From contig JAFYLH010000014.1 of the NCBI GenBank assembly GCA_017537175.1, positions 33,513 through 97,512 of the forward strand: DNA of 64,000 nucleotides, in the 5' to 3' direction. Numbering within the stretch: the stretch's first letter is position 1; each line of letters starts with the position of its first letter. Shown in pieces: positions 1 through 9,726 of this stretch. The notes below the pieces were generated by a model. That model ran no database searches. It was not told the DNA's origin and was given only the letters and a program-made list of their open reading frames with translations. Origin of the DNA: Clostridia bacterium (GTDB lineage Bacteria; Bacillota; Clostridia; Oscillospirales; CAG-272). The position numbers were made by a program, and so were the translations under genes.

Positions 1-80
1 GTGAAGAAGGACTTAATGTTATTGGTCTCGACATCAGCCGCAAAAAGATAACGGAGGTTCTTAACAATGGACTTAACTGA
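1..80 (+). CDS. 3' end of an upstream CDS (partial, product unknown)
   Basis: Open frame from nt 3 reads EEGLNVIGLDISRKKITEVLNNGLN to TGA at 78-80, overlapping the next ATG at 67. Confidence 0.5.
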   Translation, partial: EEGLNVIGLDISRKKITEVLNNGLN

Positions 81-603
81 AAAGAAGATTAGCGGTGAGG
101 ATATATTTGACGGTGTGGTTCTGCATGTACGTAAGGATACCGTAGAGCTTCCTGACGGAAATACCTCTACCCGTGAGTATATCAAGCATAACGGAGCTGT
201 ATGCGTTATACCCATAACCGATGACGGTGAGGTTGTGCTTGAAAGACAGTACAGATATGCCATTGGCAAGGTACTGACAGAGATTCCTGCAGGCAAGCTT
301 GAGCCCGGCGAGGACAGACTTGAAGCAGCAAAGCGTGAGCTTAAGGAAGAAACAGGCTATGTGGCAGGCAAAATGATCTGCATCGGTGAGTTTTACGGTT
401 CTCCTGCATTATTGGAGGAGCGTGTGACGATGTACCTTGCTACAGAGCTTATCAAAGAAGAAAGACAGCTTGATGAGGATGAGTTTTTAGAGGTGTTTAC
501 AATGCCTCTGGACGAAGCATTTGAACGTGCAATGGCAAATGAATTTGACGATGCCAAAACACATCTTTCTATCTTGAAGGCTTATATAATGTTAAAAAAA
601 TGA
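67..603 (+). CDS. nudF: NUDIX hydrolase, ADP-ribose pyrophosphatase family
   Basis: Nudix box GKLEPGEDRLEAAKRELKEETG, plus REYIKHNGAVCV and QYRYA motifs; GGAGG RBS upstream. Confidence 0.9.
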   Translation: MDLTEKKISGEDIFDGVVLHVRKDTVELPDGNTSTREYIKHNGAVCVIPITDDGEVVLERQYRYAIGKVLTEIPAGKLEPGEDRLEAAKRELKEETGYVAGKMICIGEFYGSPALLEERVTMYLATELIKEERQLDEDEFLEVFTMPLDEAFERAMANEFDDAKTHLSILKAYIMLKK

Positions 604-626
604 AGCGGTAATTCCGCTTCATTTTT
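596..626. terminator. Bidirectional intrinsic terminator
   Basis: AAAAA-TGAAGCGG-taatt-CCGCTTCA-TTTTT between convergent genes. Confidence 0.8.
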
Positions 627-630
627 CTTA

Positions 631-2643
631 TTACTTAAAGTCTTTTGCATCGCCTGTGAACTTGAAGAATGCAGCATATGTGTTGGGTGTATAACCCTCG
701 TAGTATGTTTTCTCGTCGTATTCGACACTATAATCATCATCATAGAGAAGAGCTATGCAATAGACATCATCAGGTTCGATGCTGTCACAGGGTACAAGAT
801 ATTCGGCAAGCTTTTTTACCTGTTTCGGTGTGTGGCTGTAGTGGTCGACATAATAATCAAAGGTGTATATTTCGTTTGAATTATAGAATATTATGTTTAC
901 ATTTTCAAGCCCCTCTGGTTGATTGAGCATGTCAAGTACTTTATCACTTATTTCCTTATCATAGGTCAATGCCATATACTCGTTGATGGTTTTATAAAAG
1001 TATTTATAAACAGGGACGTAGAGAGTATATGTATTTGTACCGTCGGTGATGATTGCTTCAAAATCGAATACAGAATCCATACCTGTAGTATCGTTCATTA
1101 TCATATAGTATTCTTCAAAATCAAGCTCCGTAACCTCTTGTCTGAATACTTCGTACAATTGCATGGCATCATCGGGCGTTATAGTTAATATATTACTATA
1201 TATATGTACCGACTCCGCCTTGGGAACATAACAGTACGCCTCTTTGTATTCTTTAGTGTTCTTCAAGCAGTCAATCAATGCATTGAAATCTGTATTACTT
1301 ATTGTCAGATATCTTTTGTGTTCGATTCCGTTGACACATATTGTCATATTTTGCATTTTTGTACTATCTTCATAATATCTTTCAGTCTTCATCATACTGA
1401 TATTTTTGCTCAGTACATCAGCTACTATCTTCTTGATGTTATCATCCTTGATTTTTACATTTGATGCCTTATAGTCATGATATTCTGATAGATGGTATAT
1501 GTAGCCATCACGCTGATCTAACTTAATATAGCTGATTTCTGAAGGGGTAGGCTCAAATGTTATATAAGAGCGGTAAACAGCCAGCATGCCAAATATACAA
1601 GCTACATTAAGAGCAAAAACTATCGCCAGACCTGAAACTGTTTTAAATACTGTTTTGATCCTCTTTGTGGTAATGATCTCATACAGGAAGTAGACTATGA
1701 TAGCTGCAATATAGATCATTACATATAAGAATATCGAAACTGCATCAAGGTTGTCTGCTCCGATAAGGGTCACAAATATACCGCCGCAAGCATATATACA
1801 TACGCACATACAGAAGATAATACGGATTGTTGCCTGCAGGTATTTGTTGAGGGCAGGGTATCCCGCACTTTCACTCTTTCTGAATTTGAAGATAACAAGA
1901 GCAAGTACAGATACAAGTAAAGCGAGTATTATTGTATATGTAGCACAGCTTATATCGGTGAAACAGAAATCTGATATGGATAAAGAATTAAATCCTACAG
2001 GAAGCCATCTGCCTAAACCGCTATCATAAGGCGCAATGGGTATATTTTCAGTAACCATTACCTTAAATATAAACATAAGGTAGTCCGGAACGATAAGAAT
2101 AAGTCCTGTGACTGCTATGTTTGTAACAAGAGTTCCTGTAAGGGTCATTGCTAATGCCACAGCTGCAGCGCTGTACAGAGAAGCTGCTGTAATGTTAAAT
2201 GTGTAAAGCCATATGTTTGTGTGGTTAAGGGTGAAGTACTGGGGAAAGAATGAATTGGTGATCACACCAAGAAGTGTTGTGGTACTGCAAATTGCAATTA
2301 TCCAAGTAACTATTGCCGCATAATAGCTGATAAACAGGCATATGCGTGTGTCGGCAATAGAATGATAAAAGTCGGATGCCTTACGCTTATTAAGAAAGCT
2401 GAATGCAGAAAGAACGAGTAAAGGTGCAGCAATGTATATCATGCAAAACAGCATTGGGTTTACACCCGAGAAGGTAATTGCTTCGGTTTTATAGTCATAG
2501 CCATAGGTTATGCATTCAAGTACCTTTCCTACAGGAATTGCGATAACCTGGATAAGAAGGATCACAAAAGACGCAATACCCACCAATTTGGTCTGTCTGA
2601 GCCCTTCGAGATAAAGTCGAGGCGAGAATATTCGTTTCTTCAT
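631..2643 (-). CDS. ABC transporter permease (Ytr-type), multi-TM N-half with large soluble C-terminal domain
   Basis: About 9-10 hydrophobic segments; FSFLNKRKASDFYHS motif; downstream of ATPase and GntR genes. Confidence 0.8.
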   Translation of the reverse strand: MKKRIFSPRLYLEGLRQTKLVGIASFVILLIQVIAIPVGKVLECITYGYDYKTEAITFSGVNPMLFCMIYIAAPLLVLSAFSFLNKRKASDFYHSIADTRICLFISYYAAIVTWIIAICSTTTLLGVITNSFFPQYFTLNHTNIWLYTFNITAASLYSAAAVALAMTLTGTLVTNIAVTGLILIVPDYLMFIFKVMVTENIPIAPYDSGLGRWLPVGFNSLSISDFCFTDISCATYTIILALLVSVLALVIFKFRKSESAGYPALNKYLQATIRIIFCMCVCIYACGGIFVTLIGADNLDAVSIFLYVMIYIAAIIVYFLYEIITTKRIKTVFKTVSGLAIVFALNVACIFGMLAVYRSYITFEPTPSEISYIKLDQRDGYIYHLSEYHDYKASNVKIKDDNIKKIVADVLSKNISMMKTERYYEDSTKMQNMTICVNGIEHKRYLTISNTDFNALIDCLKNTKEYKEAYCYVPKAESVHIYSNILTITPDDAMQLYEVFRQEVTELDFEEYYMIMNDTTGMDSVFDFEAIITDGTNTYTLYVPVYKYFYKTINEYMALTYDKEISDKVLDMLNQPEGLENVNIIFYNSNEIYTFDYYVDHYSHTPKQVKKLAEYLVPCDSIEPDDVYCIALLYDDDYSVEYDEKTYYEGYTPNTYAAFFKFTGDAKDFK

Positions 2644-2647
2644 TTAA

Positions 2648-3553
2648 TTACACCTCCTTAACTATACCGTCAAAGGTATAGCCTAATGCTTCCATTTCGT
2701 ATGTAAAGATCTCCTCAAGCGAGAGGGGAAGTACCTCGAGGATAAGAGGATTCATAGAAGAAAGCTTTGCTATGGTTTCTTCGTGATCACCCTTAACTAT
2801 CATATTGGTTACACAGCCTGTTTTGTGGAATGAAACGATGTTGATAGATTCAAATTTTGACTTATCATATTCTTCAGCAAATGCTATCTGAATCTTAAAC
2901 TGCTTGGTTTTTAGGTTGTTGAGGTCGCTTTCTACCACAAGTCCACCCTTGTGAAGCAGGGCAAGCTGATCGCAGATATCCTCAAGCTCTCTTAGAGAAT
3001 GGGAAGTGATTATGGCTGTTGCCTTACGCTCGGCAACATCGTTGTAAATAAGCTTTTTAACAAGGTTACGCATTACGGGATCAAGACCGTCAAAGGTCTC
3101 GTCAAAGTAAATGTATTTTGTCTTTGCCGAAAGTCCGAGCACGGTGGCCGCCTGTCTGCGCATACCCTTGGAAAAAGAATTGAGGTTCTTTTGGGTGTTA
3201 AGATTTAACTCTTTGGTCAAATAATTAAATGTATCATAATCAAAATTGGGGTATACTGCATTATACAAGGATGCCATACGCTTCATAGTTGAATTTGGCA
3301 GATAAAAGACATCGTCGGGTATATATGCTATCTGACTTTTCGCCACAGGATTTTCCCATATAGGCATATCATCTAATGTCACGCTGCCTGCATCGGCTCT
3401 GTATACTCCTGCTATCATACGTAGAAATGTAGATTTACCTGCACCGTTTGATCCTACAAGACCGTATATACATCCGTCGGGAATGGTACAGCTGAGATTA
3501 TCAATGGCAACAGAACCATCGAATTTTTTTACTGCATTTTTAGATACTATCAT
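2648..3553 (-). CDS. ABC transporter ATP-binding protein (YtrB-like)
   Basis: Walker A GSNGAGKST, signature FSKGMRR, Walker B YFDETFDGLD, H-loop TSHSL. Confidence 0.92.
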   Translation of the reverse strand: MIVSKNAVKKFDGSVAIDNLSCTIPDGCIYGLVGSNGAGKSTFLRMIAGVYRADAGSVTLDDMPIWENPVAKSQIAYIPDDVFYLPNSTMKRMASLYNAVYPNFDYDTFNYLTKELNLNTQKNLNSFSKGMRRQAATVLGLSAKTKYIYFDETFDGLDPVMRNLVKKLIYNDVAERKATAIITSHSLRELEDICDQLALLHKGGLVVESDLNNLKTKQFKIQIAFAEEYDKSKFESINIVSFHKTGCVTNMIVKGDHEETIAKLSSMNPLILEVLPLSLEEIFTYEMEALGYTFDGIVKEV

Positions 3554-3555
3554 TA

Positions 3556-3930
3556 TTATTCCTCCTTATTGTTGTAGATTGAATCAATAATCGCCTGAAT
3601 ATCCTTATATTCGGTACCCGCGATCTTAAGTTCATTTACCAACGAGGATAGCTCTTCAAGCTTTTTGCGTTTGCTTTTATTGACTATTTCCTGTGCATTT
3701 TCTGTTACAAAGCAGCCTTTTCCCGGGACGGAGAATATAATTCCTCTAAGATCCAGTTCAGAATAAGCCTTTTGTATTGTGTTGGGGTTAACCGACAGGG
3801 TAACTGACAGATTACGCACAGAGGGTATTTTGTCTCCTGCCTTCAGAAGACCCTTCGAGACATAGTCCTCGGCCTGGCGTATGATCTGCTCATATACCGG
3901 TATTCTCGAAAAGACATCGATCGAAAACAT
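3556..3930 (-). CDS. ytrA: GntR-family regulator, YtrA subfamily
   Basis: 124 aa; PVYEQI..IPSVRNLS..VNPNTIQKAYSEL winged HTH with short C-terminus; heads an ABC operon; cognate operator upstream. Confidence 0.85.
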   Translation of the reverse strand: MFSIDVFSRIPVYEQIIRQAEDYVSKGLLKAGDKIPSVRNLSVTLSVNPNTIQKAYSELDLRGIIFSVPGKGCFVTENAQEIVNKSKRKKLEELSSLVNELKIAGTEYKDIQAIIDSIYNNKEE

Positions 3931-3941
3931 TATTACCTCCT

Positions 3942-3970
3942 TAAGTGTACTATGTATGATGGTACACTTA
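3942..3970. promoter_or_regulatory. YtrA operator AGTGTA-N13-TACACT
   Basis: TAAGTGTAC (3942-3950) ... GTACACTTA (3962-3970); matches the known YtrA inverted repeat and lies just downstream of the -10 box. Confidence 0.85.
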
Positions 3971-3998
3971 TTGTATACTATGATTTTGTGTTTGTCAA
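3970..3998 (-). promoter_or_regulatory. Sigma-A promoter of the ytr operon
   Basis: Minus strand TTGACA (3998-3993), 17 bp, TACAAT (3975-3970). Confidence 0.8.
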
Positions 3999-4009
3999 TA
4001 GGTAAATTA

Positions 4010-4040
4010 AAAAATGCAGCAAATTAATTGCTGCATTTTT
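4010..4040 (-). terminator. Intrinsic terminator overlapping the end of the Sel1 gene
   Basis: AAAAATGCAGCAA-attaa-TTGCTGCATTTTT; one arm lies within the last codons. Confidence 0.7.
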
Positions 4041-5385
4041 CCATAAGTCCTTTTACATATTCATAGATCTTTTGATAACCTGTAGTATCGGTGTCGTTGC
4101 GCTTCATAATAAGCTCCAAGGCCTCAATATCACCGGCAGCGGCTGCAATTTCAAGCCAGGGAAGTGCTTTTTCGCCTCCGCGGTACATTTTGGCGATGGC
4201 TGTATAAGCAGATATATACCCCAGCTTACCGGCCTCCTCGTATCGCTCGCGTTTATTCTTGACGTTCTTTGGAACAGCGTTGAACAGCTCCTCGCCGCGG
4301 ACAAGCTCTGCGTGTATCGTGCGCAGCTTATCCTTGTTGGCAGAAGCTTTATTGTACCAGTATTCGGCTACACTCCAGGCTTTTGGAATGTCATTATCCA
4401 TAGTATATCTGGTTATAAGTGCAAGCTGAGAGGGAAAATGGTCTCTTTTGGCGGCTTCTGTATAAAGCTCGGTTGCCTTAAACTTGCTTTGAGGAACACC
4501 GTCGCCCTTGAAATAACAGTTGGCAAGTGTGTAGATCGCTTTAACATCTCCGCCATTTGCGGCTTTTTCAAGCTCTGTAATTTCGGCTTCTGTTTTTTCG
4601 GTATATTCTCTTGGCAGGGCAGACAGTGCCTTTTGTGCAGGGGAAAAGCCTTTAGCTGCTGATGATTTGATATAAGCAGCCGCCTTTGAAATATCCTTCG
4701 CTGTACCTGATATTCCGTTCATATAGACCATAGCAAGCTGATATTCGCATACTGCATTGCCAAGCTCTGCACCTTTGTTCCAGTATTCCATTGCTTTTGT
4801 AAAATTCTTGTCACAGCCATATCCGTAAGCATACATGACTGCAAGCTTGGAATAAGCATCACCTGTTGCCGACTTTTCAAAGCATTCTATAGCTTTTTTG
4901 TAGGATTTTGATACTCCTATACCGTTATAGTATAACTCACCCATAAGCAGATAAGCATCGCTGTTATTCTTTGCGATAAGCTGCTTTAAAAGCTTAACAG
5001 CCGCATCATATTCCTGCTTTGAGATATGCGCGTAGGCATCCTCGAGAAGCTGATCCTCTGTTTTTTCTTTACCGTATGAAAAACCAAAGGCAGTACCAAA
5101 GGCTGTTGCCACATCTATCGCATCATCCTTTGAGAATCCTTCTGCCATAAGTATCTCTATGGCAATTCTTGTTGCGTTCTCCTGCCCGATATTGTCATCG
5201 TTCTTTGCCTGTGCAACTATATCAACAGCACCTGTTATCAGCGCGACTCTGACAGCCTCCGTAATATCCCCTAAGCCTTTGGTGCTGGCTGTGAGGATAT
5301 TCATAAATTCTTCTTTGTTATCGATTATGTTTTCGCCCTTAGCATCAATTATTGATGTAATGGCAGAAGCTAAATAGTGATTCAT
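4024..5385 (-). CDS. Sel1-repeat (TPR-like) protein
   Basis: Repeats such as AYLLMGELYYNGIGVSKSYKKAIECFEKSA, LAVMYAYGYGCDKNFTKAMEYW and LANCYFKGDGVPQSKFKA. Confidence 0.88.
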   Translation of the reverse strand: MNHYLASAITSIIDAKGENIIDNKEEFMNILTASTKGLGDITEAVRVALITGAVDIVAQAKNDDNIGQENATRIAIEILMAEGFSKDDAIDVATAFGTAFGFSYGKEKTEDQLLEDAYAHISKQEYDAAVKLLKQLIAKNNSDAYLLMGELYYNGIGVSKSYKKAIECFEKSATGDAYSKLAVMYAYGYGCDKNFTKAMEYWNKGAELGNAVCEYQLAMVYMNGISGTAKDISKAAAYIKSSAAKGFSPAQKALSALPREYTEKTEAEITELEKAANGGDVKAIYTLANCYFKGDGVPQSKFKATELYTEAAKRDHFPSQLALITRYTMDNDIPKAWSVAEYWYNKASANKDKLRTIHAELVRGEELFNAVPKNVKNKRERYEEAGKLGYISAYTAIAKMYRGGEKALPWLEIAAAAGDIEALELIMKRNDTDTTGYQKIYEYVKGLMEKCSN

Positions 5386-5387
5386 TA

Positions 5388-8279
5388 TTATTCCTTATTT
5401 AATCCAAATTTTTTAAATGCATATCTGTCGGTAAACAGAGGACATTTGTCGCCGTCCCATTGCTTTTCAAGTGAGAAGGTATCAGGACAGGCTATGACCT
5501 CAACATCAATATGGTGATGAACACCCAACAGATTGAGATTTGATGTATACAACCTAACTCCGATCTTGTCACCGACTTTGATGTTGTCAAGAGTGCAATG
5601 CTGATTGAAGAGAAGCTTGGTATAAGGTGTACCGTTGATATATATATCAGCGCATACATATGAGCCCTCAAGCCACAGTTCCTTACCGCCGCCTGTATAC
5701 TCGGCCTCAAGCATTATGCTGCCTGTAAGGAAGGGATAACCGCTTTCGGTAATGCTTGCAAGATCGATAGAGCCCCCGGACTTCTTAATTGAGAATGAGC
5801 CTGTATATGCGATATAATCGTGAGGATGGTACTCAAATTTATCCTTTTCTGTGTTTACTTCAAAGTCACCAAAGAGATAGATTGACTCGATCTCTGTATC
5901 AAAGCAGAGGCAGTTACGCAGAGACTCTGACACACCGCCGTAGAGAACATAGTAAACATAATCTCTCTGGAAGTAGTCTATCTCACATACTATCTCATTC
6001 ATTCCTTCCTTGAGAAGCTCTGTTATAGAAACAGCGGCTATATGTCTGTCAAGCCACCACTCATCGCCTAATGTGATCTCTGTGCCGTTTACATAAACCT
6101 TTTGGGAGGCAAGTCTTTCGATTGCGCAGGAGAGCTTTGAGGGAACAGCTTTGATATCAAACTCAAACTTTAACCAGAGCTTGCCCTCGTATCTTTCGGA
6201 CAGCAGGTTATCCTTTATGCGTACAATAGGTCTTATATCGCTGTATTCCTTACCGTCATAAGAGATCCGTGCATAGTCAAGGGTAAAGGAGTTTTCTATA
6301 TCCTCACCGATCTTAAAAGGAGTATGCTCAGCTTTGGACATATCCTTTACCGCAGGAAGCTCGCAATCTTCTTCATAGAGAATGTAGGATTGTACCTTTT
6401 CAAAATCAAGAGTAAACTTAATTGAGTCGTCGGTCTTTTCGGTATCTATACCTGTAGCGGTAAGTGTTGCCATATCAAGAATTGACATATGCTCAACGCC
6501 CTTGATGCTGAACTCAACATTTTTATGCTCCAGCTTGTGTGAGAGATTGAGAACATAATAGAGGCGTTTTCCGTCAACACGGCGGCTCTGAACTCTTATA
6601 TCAAGAGCCTCTGTACCGTCATAGCGAACGGTGATCTCGTTTTCATTACAGAAATCACCTATATTGCAGTTAGGCTTGAGCCAACTCATATCTGCTTTTC
6701 TGCCTTCGATATATTCGGGAAGTGTATCACCGTAGAGCGCAAGTCTGCCACCGTTTGCAAGATATTGCTTTAACAGGTCGGCTGTACTCTTATCAAGGGT
6801 GTGCGTTAAAGGAAGAACTACCTTATCATATGTACAGTTACCTACTATGATCTTATTACCTTCAACTCTTCCGTATTTGGCCATAAGGGTCTCATCGCCG
6901 TAGTGATAGAAGAGCTGATTCTGTGAAAGGCAGTTAGTGCAGTTGGCAAAATTGCCTTCGATTTCTGCAAACTCGGGTGTAACTGTGTCACGGAAATACT
7001 TCATATAAGCACTGCGGATAGGATGAATAACAAGAATATCCGCAAATTCCTCACCTCTTGAAAGAGTGTAACCGAGATTGTTGAAATATTCGTTAAACTC
7101 CTTCATTGCAGACTGCCAGGTAGAATGCTCTGAATAGAAGGCGGGATAGTCGCGTTTACGCTGTCCTCTGATAGAAAGGGGATAAAGGTGCTGACACATC
7201 ATATTTACACCGCCGTAATACTGGTGCTCGGCGATCTGCTTCAGGCGTAGAGGAGTAATATCCCAGCCGCAGCAGGCAAACATCTCGGAGAGAACCTTTT
7301 TGCGTCCAAGCTGCGCGGCGACAGAACCAACCTGCTTGTGGGAAATATCATTACCTGCGGTCTTGCCGAGGAAGTCTACACCCGGTATATGCATATATTC
7401 GTAGAAGGGCATAATACCGCCGCAGCACCACATCTGTCCGCCGAGGAATTTTTCCTCGATTGCGTGACCAGTTATCTGTATGCCGTTTTCATTGAACCAC
7501 TCATACAATACTTTTATAAAGTTGTTGGTAAAAAGCTCGTTACAAAGCTTATAATAGTCATATCTGAACTCCTCGGAGCCCTCGTAATCTACAAACAGAG
7601 CCAAAAGTCCGTCAAGCACATTATAGCCGTATCTGGGCTCAAACTCGGTATACATCATATCCGACCATACAGTATGCCATCTGTAATACTGAGGCTCATC
7701 GGTAAAGAATCCGGGCATAGCCTTGCCAAATTCATCTCCGCAACGCTTCTGATAATCAACATGGGTCGCTTCGATAAATTCTTTTGTTATGCGGGGGTTC
7801 ATTGTATCAACATAAGAGGAATCGGCACGGCGGTAGATAGTGTGGTATTCCTTTATACCGCTATTCTCGGTGATTCTACGGCATTTGTTGTCTTCAAGAG
7901 CAAATACTGCGAGTGCCTCAGTGTCATAATGATCAAGCACCTGATAGTCAAGCCAATGGGCATAATTTTCGTCACCTGTAAGGCATTTACCGCCTGCAAA
8001 GCCGCTGGGCCAGCCGTTTTCGTCATATGACCAGGCCTCCATATCAAGCTTTTTTGCTTCTTCTATACAAGCGTTGATGCAATCGTACCATTCATCGCTG
8101 AGATATTCTGTCTCAAGGCCGCTTCTTGCATGCATAAAGAAGCCCTTCATGCCCAGTCTTTTCATATCGTGGATCTGTCTTATAAGATCCTCCTTGTTAA
8201 GCTTGTCGTTCCAACTCCAAAAGGGAATTGAGCCGTACTCGTAGCTGTTATTTTTAATATCTTCGATAAACTTTTTCAT
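5388..8279 (-). CDS. Glycoside hydrolase, GH106-like (alpha-L-rhamnosidase-related)
   Basis: PFWSWND, GFFMHARSGL, YDENGWPSGFAGG, FFTDEP and LSEMFACCGW motifs; no signal peptide; substrate uncertain. Confidence 0.7.
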   Translation of the reverse strand: MKKFIEDIKNNSYEYGSIPFWSWNDKLNKEDLIRQIHDMKRLGMKGFFMHARSGLETEYLSDEWYDCINACIEEAKKLDMEAWSYDENGWPSGFAGGKCLTGDENYAHWLDYQVLDHYDTEALAVFALEDNKCRRITENSGIKEYHTIYRRADSSYVDTMNPRITKEFIEATHVDYQKRCGDEFGKAMPGFFTDEPQYYRWHTVWSDMMYTEFEPRYGYNVLDGLLALFVDYEGSEEFRYDYYKLCNELFTNNFIKVLYEWFNENGIQITGHAIEEKFLGGQMWCCGGIMPFYEYMHIPGVDFLGKTAGNDISHKQVGSVAAQLGRKKVLSEMFACCGWDITPLRLKQIAEHQYYGGVNMMCQHLYPLSIRGQRKRDYPAFYSEHSTWQSAMKEFNEYFNNLGYTLSRGEEFADILVIHPIRSAYMKYFRDTVTPEFAEIEGNFANCTNCLSQNQLFYHYGDETLMAKYGRVEGNKIIVGNCTYDKVVLPLTHTLDKSTADLLKQYLANGGRLALYGDTLPEYIEGRKADMSWLKPNCNIGDFCNENEITVRYDGTEALDIRVQSRRVDGKRLYYVLNLSHKLEHKNVEFSIKGVEHMSILDMATLTATGIDTEKTDDSIKFTLDFEKVQSYILYEEDCELPAVKDMSKAEHTPFKIGEDIENSFTLDYARISYDGKEYSDIRPIVRIKDNLLSERYEGKLWLKFEFDIKAVPSKLSCAIERLASQKVYVNGTEITLGDEWWLDRHIAAVSITELLKEGMNEIVCEIDYFQRDYVYYVLYGGVSESLRNCLCFDTEIESIYLFGDFEVNTEKDKFEYHPHDYIAYTGSFSIKKSGGSIDLASITESGYPFLTGSIMLEAEYTGGGKELWLEGSYVCADIYINGTPYTKLLFNQHCTLDNIKVGDKIGVRLYTSNLNLLGVHHHIDVEVIACPDTFSLEKQWDGDKCPLFTDRYAFKKFGLNKE

Positions 8280-8309
8280 AAGAGCTCCGTCCTTATATAT
8301 AGTTAATTA

Positions 8310-8338
8310 ATTTTACCATATTTATTTGATTAAGTCAA
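8310..8338 (-). promoter_or_regulatory. Sigma-A promoter of GH-Sel1 operon
   Basis: Minus strand TTGACT, 17 bp, TAAAAT with TG extension. Confidence 0.65.
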
Positions 8339-8348
8339 TGATTTGCAG

Positions 8349-8377
8349 TTGACAAGATAGATAAAAACAAGTAACAT
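8349..8377 (+). promoter_or_regulatory. Possible sigma-A promoter of amidase lipoprotein gene
   Basis: TTGACA, 17 bp, TAACAT (weak -10). Confidence 0.45.
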
Positions 8378-8404
8378 ATAGATATAAAATCATCGGAGTT
8401 ATTT

Positions 8405-9703
8405 ATGAAAAAGCATATACTGTTTTTATTTGTATTGATAGTTCTGCTTTCATCCTGCAGTGCACAGCAAAACGGTCTGCCTCGAACTAAAGATACCGAG
8501 CCAACTGTTAAGGACACAAATGATGTCGGTGTAAATGTAGAGTTTGTCAATAACAATTCCTATAGCGACATAGGAATAACAAACCCAATGAATAATGTTA
8601 TCAAGGAATACTTTGTCAGATATTTTTCGGCGTTCGGAGACTTTACTGATATATTGTTTGATGACATATATTATTTTGACACCGAATATGAGCGCGGAAT
8701 TATAAACACTATGGTTGCATATCAGAATAAGATACGAAGGGATATGTCCTTTGATCTCGGATATGATTATGCAACGGTGGGGGTTACATACAGGTCTATT
8801 ACCGAAACCGAAAAAGGCTATGATGTATACCTTGTGCAGAACGATGCCGTAAATTACAATTTTGCCTCGGATATTACATCCTATACAAGCGATGTGGAGC
8901 ATCATTTTATCTTAAAGGAGATAAGCGGTGAGTACTATATCGTTGAGCATAGTGAGATCAGCGGAGTATATGAGCTTATTACCGAAAAGTACGACAGCTA
9001 TTTGAGAGATAATAATCTTACCTTGTCTGTATTGACACCTTCACAGATAACCAAAACTCTCGATGACCTAAAGGATATGCTCGTAAACAATGTAACAACC
9101 GACCTTGAGGGCTACTTACAGCAAAGAGCGGATTTCAATGACGATCCGACAAAATTCACCTCCTCGGTTACAGCACAGAATCCGTACAATGCTGAAGAGG
9201 CTTTGAAGTATTCCTACGAATGGGTATCAAAGACAGATCATAAACGAAACCCCGCATTTACTGCTTATGATGAATACGGTGGCAACTGTAACAACTTTAC
9301 CTCACAATGTCTGCTTGCAGGCGGTATCCCAATGGATCTGCAGGGTAAGCAATGGAAATGGTACGGCGAGGATATCAATAACGGCGGCGGTATGACCGGC
9401 AGATCCTCAAGCTGGGCGGCCTGTGAATATTTTTATGAGTATTGCCGTGATAACGCCGGGTACGGATTGGTATGTGATATTTCTGAAAATCTGTACAGCG
9501 GTAGGCCGGGTGATATCGTACAGTATATCTCTGACGGTATATCTGTTCATTCTGTGATCATTACAAAGGTGATATATGATGAAAAGGGAAATGTTGTGGA
9601 TTACCTTGTCAATTCCAATACAACCGATAAGATCGATTCTCCTATGAGTCTTTACGGATACACAAATTTCAGATTGATAAAAATATTAGGATATAACGGA
9701 TAA
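8405..9703 (+). CDS. Lipoprotein with C-terminal putative amidase (Amidase_6-like) domain
   Basis: Lipobox LLSSC; YNAEEALKYSYEW, GGNCNNFTSQCLLAGG, PGDIVQY..HSVII..NSNT motifs (Cys/His dyad). Confidence 0.75.
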   Translation: MKKHILFLFVLIVLLSSCSAQQNGLPRTKDTEPTVKDTNDVGVNVEFVNNNSYSDIGITNPMNNVIKEYFVRYFSAFGDFTDILFDDIYYFDTEYERGIINTMVAYQNKIRRDMSFDLGYDYATVGVTYRSITETEKGYDVYLVQNDAVNYNFASDITSYTSDVEHHFILKEISGEYYIVEHSEISGVYELITEKYDSYLRDNNLTLSVLTPSQITKTLDDLKDMLVNNVTTDLEGYLQQRADFNDDPTKFTSSVTAQNPYNAEEALKYSYEWVSKTDHKRNPAFTAYDEYGGNCNNFTSQCLLAGGIPMDLQGKQWKWYGEDINNGGGMTGRSSSWAACEYFYEYCRDNAGYGLVCDISENLYSGRPGDIVQYISDGISVHSVIITKVIYDEKGNVVDYLVNSNTTDKIDSPMSLYGYTNFRLIKILGYNG

Positions 9704-9726
9704 AAGGCGGTGTATACCGCCTTTTA
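9701..9726. terminator. Bidirectional terminator spanning both stop codons
   Basis: TAAAAGGCGGT-gtat-ACCGCCTTTTA; the outer triplets are the stops of the amidase gene and sigG. Confidence 0.8.
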
